Positions 57,103 to 64,000 of a stretch of 64,000 bases of DNA are shown here, piece after piece. The translations under genes were made by a program, and so were the position numbers. The notes under the pieces are model-generated. The model saw only the letters and a list, made by a program, of their open reading frames with translations, searched no databases and was not told the DNA's origin. Positions within the stretch are counted from its first letter, which is position 1. Every line of letters begins with the position of its first letter. Origin of the DNA: Eledone cirrhosa (Eukaryota); NCBI GenBank assembly GCA_964016885.1, contig OZ024742.1:176700001-176764000 (forward strand), given 5' to 3'.

Positions 57103-57110
<8 letters not shown>
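56630..57110. repeat. Compound minisatellite: tacacagccacacatatat(at)ttgtgtaa x6 separated by variable (TA)n
   Basis: Direct reading. Confidence 0.85.
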
Positions 57111-57146
<36 letters not shown>

Positions 57147-57811
57147 CTTGTGTTTCTGTGTGTATATTTATATATAAACTCACGCACCCTTGAGGAAAAC
57201 TCCAGTTATATGTGTAATAACGCCGTATCTAAGTTTGTATGTATTGGAACATCTATGCACGTATGTATGCAAGCATTAATGTAAGTATATGTGTGTGTAT
57301 GTACACGTGTGGTATGCTTGTCTGTATATATGTATACATTTACATATATATGTATGTATAGATGTTTTTATATGTATGTATACATTCAGAATCGCTCACT
57401 GAAAGAATTTCAATGCTGCTTATCCTCTGTAATGTCTCTATTACTTAAAACAACCTGGAATGAAATGAAAATATGGCTGGCAAATTGATGGAAATTATTT
57501 AATTTTCACACAGTTACCGCATAGAATCGCTAATAAATTAGTTAGAAAAAAGGAATAAAATCCATTATATTCAACATGATATCTGAATCAATATATTATG
57601 TTGAGAATTTTATGTAAGAATTATGCGGTCTTTATTGCTGTCCTTTTTTCCCATTGAAGCAGAAACACAGAATTATTAACATATATTCTTGAAATGGAAT
57701 AGAATGCTATAGAATAAAAGAATGTTTACTGAGACCTAATGTTGACTATGTAGAATGTGCCTGAACTTAGAAGCATTTAAATGGGTGGACGATCAACTGT
57801 CTGTATATATA

Positions 57812-57994
<183 letters not shown>

Positions 57995-58018
57995 TGTATA
58001 TATGTCTGTGTTTATTAA

Positions 58019-58063
58019 GCTCTGATGATTCCTACCCAACGGTTAGGATGAAACATTGTAAGC
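58019..58063 (+). ncRNA. Type-I hammerhead ribozyme
   Basis: gct-CTGATGA-ttccta-cccaacggt-taggat-GAAAC-att-GTA-agc, followed by aataaa. Confidence 0.75.
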
Positions 58064-58217
58064 AAATAAAAACTGAGTATGTATCCGTTATTTGGTTTCT
58101 TTTACATATATGTATATATACAATTAAATATACATACACACACACACATATATATATATAAATATATATAAGTAAATATACATACATACATACACACACA
58201 TGTATATATATATATAT

Positions 58218-58550
58218 ATTGTTATACTTTGGGAGGGTCATGTTGCCAATAAGAAATACACGCACCAGTTGCTTTCACTTCAATTTATTATAATACATTT
58301 ATAAATTTCCGGTTGGTTGGTTGGTTCCACAACCAGATGGCTGGTTATATATTTTCAAAGTTCTTTCGTCACACATTCTGTGACCTCTTGAGTGACTGGG
58401 GATTCTTTTCCTTGTTTTTGTACCTCTCCTTTGTTCTGTCCTACGCCATTTTGTTTCTTATTGGCAACATCACCCTCCCAAAGTATAACAATATCGGATT
58501 CAACACACGTTTTCAGATAAAGAATCTTGCTAAACAAATTCAGAAACGAA
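58218..58550. mobile_element. Third inverted insertion of the 4.2-6.1 kb PLE terminus
   Basis: 58218-58455 in minus orientation (hammerhead core mutated to CTCAAGA), 58452-58550 in plus orientation. Confidence 0.85.
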
Positions 58551-58554
58551 ATAT

Positions 58555-58645
<91 letters not shown>

Positions 58646-58696
58646 AAAGTGTTAAACAATATTATATATATATATGGGTATGTCATGTATCATTAT

Positions 58697-58749
58697 ATTT
58701 TGTCTGATGAGGACGTACTGTTGTACATCCGAAATATGTATAATAAAAT
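58697..58749 (+). ncRNA. Type-I hammerhead ribozyme
   Basis: attttgt-CTGATGA-ggacgtac-tgtt-gtacatcc-GAAAT-atgt-ATA-ataaaat. Confidence 0.8.
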
Positions 58750-58842
58750 GTAATTGATCAAAAGAACATCTATGTTATTAATACTTATATTTTAATATAT
58801 ATATATATATATATATATAAGTAAATATACATACATACACAA

Positions 58843-58903
<61 letters not shown>

Positions 58904-59906
58904 TATGAATATGTATGAGTATATAAGGGTGTGTGTATGTAATAGCGTTCATGTAAAATATGAAACATTGATGAAATTGACGCGAATGTTTACGGATGTC
59001 CGAATTCTAATGGTACTGGATACACACAAAGAGATAAGTTTCTCTTTATTATAATTGGATTTCTAATGTTTCTGAATGAATAACATGTTAATTAGATTGA
59101 AGTGTGTGGTTTTATAGCATTTTATTGTTTTGTCTGTTATTCGATAAGGTGGCGAATCTGCAGAGCCACTGGTGCGTCAGATTAAAATGTCTCCATATTT
59201 GTTCTGGTTCACTGCGTCTCACGTACAAATTCTCTCCTCCGGAGTTTAACTTTGCGGTTCATAGTTTGGAGGCCGTTAAACAAAGCACCAGTTAAATAGT
59301 GCGCTCGATTCATACTCACTCTCGAAGAAGCGGTCTGTGTCCCGACCTGGAAAGGGGCGAGTTCAACCAGGTTTAAATTGGCCCGACAACTCCACCAGGT
59401 TTTGCATGCCTGTAGATATCTCTACTTTAAATTACCAATTAGTTTAAGGAAAAATAACGATGGATTAGTTATATCGAAACTATGTCGGACAAAATGCTTT
59501 GCTCTATTGAAGAAATCGGCTATGATCAGAACTGGAGTGTGATACTCCCAACCAGGTCTAAAATGACCAAAATACGTTTTCTCTGAAAACTGTGCTCCTA
59601 AAATGTTACAAGATGTTAAGGGACTTGTGCCCTTTGCGTTGTCGTTACTTTATACTTAGAGAAGGGATGAAAGCATGATATCATTTTTGGACAGAGGACT
59701 CCTTTATTTAAGGGATATCTCATTCAGCTATAAAGGAGGTTATATGGAATCTATCATAAATTGGTCTAACGAAACTATGTTTCCTCAGGTCTTTTCATTG
59801 CTGGTATCGTCTAACGGATATTAAGTAAAACAGTCCTATATACAATTAACATTAAATAAATAAATATATATATAAATAGATTATATATATAAATAAATAT
59901 ATATAA

Positions 59907-59958
<52 letters not shown>

Positions 59959-60249
59959 ATATATATATATATATATATGGCATACACATTGTTGGAATGT
60001 CTCTGATGGACTGTACCTGTCGTTTAAAGGGTCGGCCATGTCACAGAGTTTGTTACGCTGAATCACCCTGAAAATTACATTGAGGCTACACGCGACGGCG
60101 GAAAGATCAGCTACTTACACATTAATCTCATGAGTTGGCTATTTCGTTGATCGAACAACTGGAATAATCATCACCGAAATTGAAAAATGTCTATTATATG
60201 GACGCATGTGTTTGCCCAATTAAGACGGACTAGGTGGTTACACAACAGT

Positions 60250-60710
60250 AATTCCGGGGAATATATTCAATATACCAAATAGCGACGTTTATTTGGATAG
60301 TTGACATGAGCTTCTGCTTCTGCCCCCACTTATTCCTGAGTTAGTCATGGGGCAGAGTCCTCAAACATCCAAGTGATCAGGCTAGATTCCCAAGCTTGAT
60401 CAGCCAAGATCATCGATTACCACCATCTTGCACGGGGTCTACCCTGGGTCACTTGTCGGTTGGTTTTGACCGTAAATTATTTCCAGAGATTCTTTCTTGA
60501 AACATTCTAACTACATGCTCATAGTATCAGAGCTGTGATCTCTAAATTTGGAGAAGTAGCAGATCAACCTGGTATGACTCTCGGATCTTCGAGCCATGCA
60601 TTTTATCGTGTAACGATACTCCAAAGACCCTTCGCAGGAATCTCATTTCGACCGCTTATATTCTCGATCGTATTCTTTCGATCATTACCCAAGATTCATG
60701 TGCAATATCG
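60250..60710 (-). pseudogene. Degenerate RTE (Expander/Rex3-like) 3' end
   Basis: RIRSRI*AVEMRFLRRVFGVSLHDK..KIRE..RSQL*YYEHVVRM. Confidence 0.75.
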
Positions 60711-61039
60711 TATATATAGAAGAGATTAAAGCCCTGACACTTTACTTATATGTTTTGAATCCCACCGAGTTTAACTATTCATTTTAACCTTCCGGAGTCG
60801 ATATATTTAAATGCCAGTCAATTAGTGAGATCTATATAATCCATTTCTCTTTTTCCAATATATTGAGGCGTGTTTATGTGTTTAGAAAGAACAATTATAT
60901 AATAGTGATTTTACAACATTTTTGTTTCTCTGGCACACATAAATGTTACGATCTGTCAAATTCGTTTTAAGTTCGTTATATAGATTTCATGGTTTATAAA
61001 TGTAAGTAAACTGAGGTTTTAAAAGATTCTCTATATTTC

Positions 61040-61445
61040 CAACATGATGGTTAGGCATCTCAATTGGAAGAACCTTATGGGTCTTGGGATATTTTGTGTA
61101 TCCAGAGCGGCTCTTGCAGATTTTGCCACATACATCACAAGTAAGTGGATCTGCATCCATGAATTTGGTATACTTTGTTGGTGGGTTGTGTATATGACTC
61201 CTAAGGTGACTTTAAGTCCTGCGTTTTAGCTGCATATCGGGTCAGAGTCATGGCAAATAAACTGAGGAACCGCTGGAACTCCTTTCTCTCCCTATTTTGG
61301 TCTTATTATTTTCTTTGAATGTAGTGATCGACATCCTTCATATATTTTTCTTCTCGAATGGTTTTTGTCACCAGCCTCTACTTCCCAGTCGTGAAGGCCG
61401 AGATCAACAAAGAGTAATATGCCCACTCAATCCTTTGAAACGATC
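61040..61445 (-). pseudogene. Degenerate RTE 3' end with two decayed C2H2 fingers
   Basis: DWEVEAGDKNHSRRKIYEG; FICHDSDPICS*NAGLK..; LTCDVCGKICKSRSGYTKYPKTH. Confidence 0.7.
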
Positions 61446-62319
61446 GTAAAACAATGACCTACTTACGAATCTATTTTCGACTTTTGTTTTATTTTCCTTG
61501 TTCAATACACAGAGACGCACACACATACACACACACTCACATATATATATATATATATATTTGTATGTGTGTGTGTGTATGTATGTATGAACGTATGTAT
61601 GTTTGTATATATATATATGTATGTATGCGTGCGTGCATGTGTAACATCAATAAACAGCGCTTTGTTATAATTTGTTGAAGAAACCGAATATTAGTTATTC
61701 CGTTCGGAAAACAATGGTTGTGTACTAGCATGTTATAAATGTGAACGATGGCTAGTTTTCAACGATCAGAGATGTTAGTCGGAAATTCTTCTTTTAATTC
61801 AATTATAAAAGAAAACAACTTTTCCTTGTTGAGAAAAATGCATGTTCCCAAAAATGTCTAAATTCCGATAATCTACATTCAATTTTGGGCAGTCGTAAAA
61901 TGGTATTTGTTCAGAAGATGGAATATATTCAATGGAGAGGGCTGATAAATATTTGTTTGATATTATTTCTTTTACATGATTATGAATAACGCCAGAAAAT
62001 AATAAAAATTTCTCTGCATGAAAAAAGCACCCGGAGCTTGATCGTTTAAGTAAAAAATTTTAATTGGGAACAAAATAATCATTAAGAAGCTGTCTCTCTG
62101 GAGCCAAGTTAGGAGACAAGAATTTAGTTTCACTGTCTATATTATTCACTGCTGCTGCATTGCAGAATATGTAGAGCTGGTGTATTGAGGAAATAATTAA
62201 ATCCATTGAAGTTATGTCTATGTTCTGAGTTCAAATCTCCCCGAATTTAGCTGCTTTTGATTTTTCGGTAATCAACAAAATCCAAAGGGGCTGATCGTCA
62301 GTAAGGAAATAATGTTTAC

Positions 62320-62559
62320 TTTAATATATCCATTACTGATACGATCTGCCGGCCGCAACTGACGAAATACTATCTGAGGAAAGGAGCCAGGTGTCTTCGT
62401 TAGATCGAACCAAGATAATACTGTTTTTATTGGTCTTTCCATTGGTTGCAATATCTTCAAATCGAAACTCCTCGTACAAGGAAACGGGATTTGAGCTGAG
62501 AATTCACGGAACTTGATCAGATTCCGCAAAGCATCTGACTCTTTAACAATCAATCGCTT
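62320..62559 (-). CDS. Candidate 240-nt phase-0 exon of an unidentified gene
   Basis: atctttctAG acceptor, open KRLIVKESDALRNLIKFREF...PADRISNGYIK, then GTAAAC donor. Confidence 0.3.
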
Positions 62560-63408
62560 CTAGAAAGATACTTTATTTAGCGATCCAAACTTATGAAAGA
62601 TAATGTTATTTTTGGTATATGATCCGAATCTGTGCCTTTCTTCCCCACATCATGCCTTCTTCTGTCATGAGTTTCGACTGATAGGCAGTATCAGAAATGA
62701 AAAAAACATTGGCAACTTTGTTTCCTTGGTCCCATCGGCGATTTTATTTTGTGTCGCATGAAACAGATAGAGATTCCTTAGTTCAGCGTATGATAAATGA
62801 ATGGTTCTGTTCTTGTTACAGTCTCTGTAGTGTGTGCTTAATTCTGAAACGGCTCAATCTGTCGAGATGTAAACAGTTAACATCGAATAGCATAAACATG
62901 TGCTCTTTCTAAGCATAACAAACACTCTAAATCAATGAATGATTTGTAGTGTGGTTTCCAACTATTCATGTGAATTTATTTTCCCAAAATGTAGTCTCCA
63001 GACAGTTGAATTACTCTGGATGTTCCGCCGCAGAAATATCAAACTCATCATATATGTACCATTGTTTCTATCTCATTAAAGATTGCCCCCCCCCCCTTGA
63101 TCTCTCAACATTATAAAACCTGGTGGAGCTCATCTCCTCTGCAAGATTGAACACAGTGGATTTCCTCCAAAGAAGGATAAAGAGTTTGTGAAACTAAGTG
63201 AGAAAAAGATATTCTAAAAACCATCCCCAGTATCAGAATGGTAGATTTATATAGATCTCGAAATTTTGAAAAGCAAAGTTGACTTTGTCTAGATTGACTC
63301 TGTCAATTTGCCGCCTATATAAAACATTTTAATAAAAAAAAATGTATATCTCTATATAACTCTCTCTTTCCCACTCTCCCCCTCTCTCTCCCTTTCTCTT
63401 TCTCTGTC

Positions 63409-63482
<74 letters not shown>

Positions 63483-63756
63483 ATTTCTCATCAAAGTGGG
63501 ATATATAATCTACCTTCATATATTAGCGTTTTGACACCTCGGTCACGGAGGATTACAATTAACTATGTTTAAAATATCATTTTAGCGGTTAAAACCGTGA
63601 TAGATGATAGCTCGTAAGTACTTTTAGTACTAAACTTTATTTTTCTCTGAGCCCATTACGTTACATTAGTGCGTATAAATTTTACTGAACCATTGGGTTC
63701 ATTTAAGAATCTTTAGGGAACTTTGTCAGACGGAATCTATGAAGAAGCCATTCGGT

Positions 63757-63922
63757 GAATTGGCAGTATCGGTAAAGGGTCGGACATGCTTTCCAGCATA
63801 GTTACGTCCCTTTATGATCTGAGTTCAAATCCCGCCGAGGTTAACTTTGCCTTTCATCGATAAAATAAAGTACCAGTAATGTATGGGTAATAGCTGGCCT
63901 TGTGCCAAAACTAGAAACAATT
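63757..63922 (+). mobile_element. tRNA-derived SINE with small internal deletion
   Basis: gaattggcagtatcgg..gttcaaatcccgccgaggttaactttgcc..tagaaacaatt. Confidence 0.9.
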
Positions 63923-64000
63923 AGGATTAACTGCAACTGATCATCGGTTTTTTTATATTTAATCTATTGTCTGCTTTAGCAACACCACTCAGGCACCTGC

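Overview
This is AT-rich, microsatellite-saturated animal DNA, most likely from an octopod cephalopod (inferred from the SINE and R4/Dong content). No host gene is confidently identifiable; there are two candidate isolated exons. Most ORF-track entries are translations of (TA)n/(CA)n/(AAT)n microsatellites. Real content: (1) an intact full-length R4/Dong non-LTR retrotransposon (1130 aa, RT-CCHC-RLE) in an (AAT)n tract, plus stacked 3' fragments; (2) a near-full-length RTE/BovB LINE with three in-frame stops and three C-terminal C2H2 fingers, plus older RTE relics; (3) mariner/maT fragments, a tiny Tc1-type MITE and a non-autonomous Helitron; (4) tRNA-derived SINEs; (5) about 20 intact or degenerate type-I hammerhead ribozyme motifs, read by eye, in several Penelope-like (PLE) or retrozyme-type families. 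The latter include a 310-bp retrozyme array and a hammerhead with a large branched stem II. Many of these elements are divergent inverted insertions in (TA)n, with 3' ends pointing outward and a recurring long-arm/short-arm asymmetry. An open 185-codon frame missed by the ORF track runs off the left edge.
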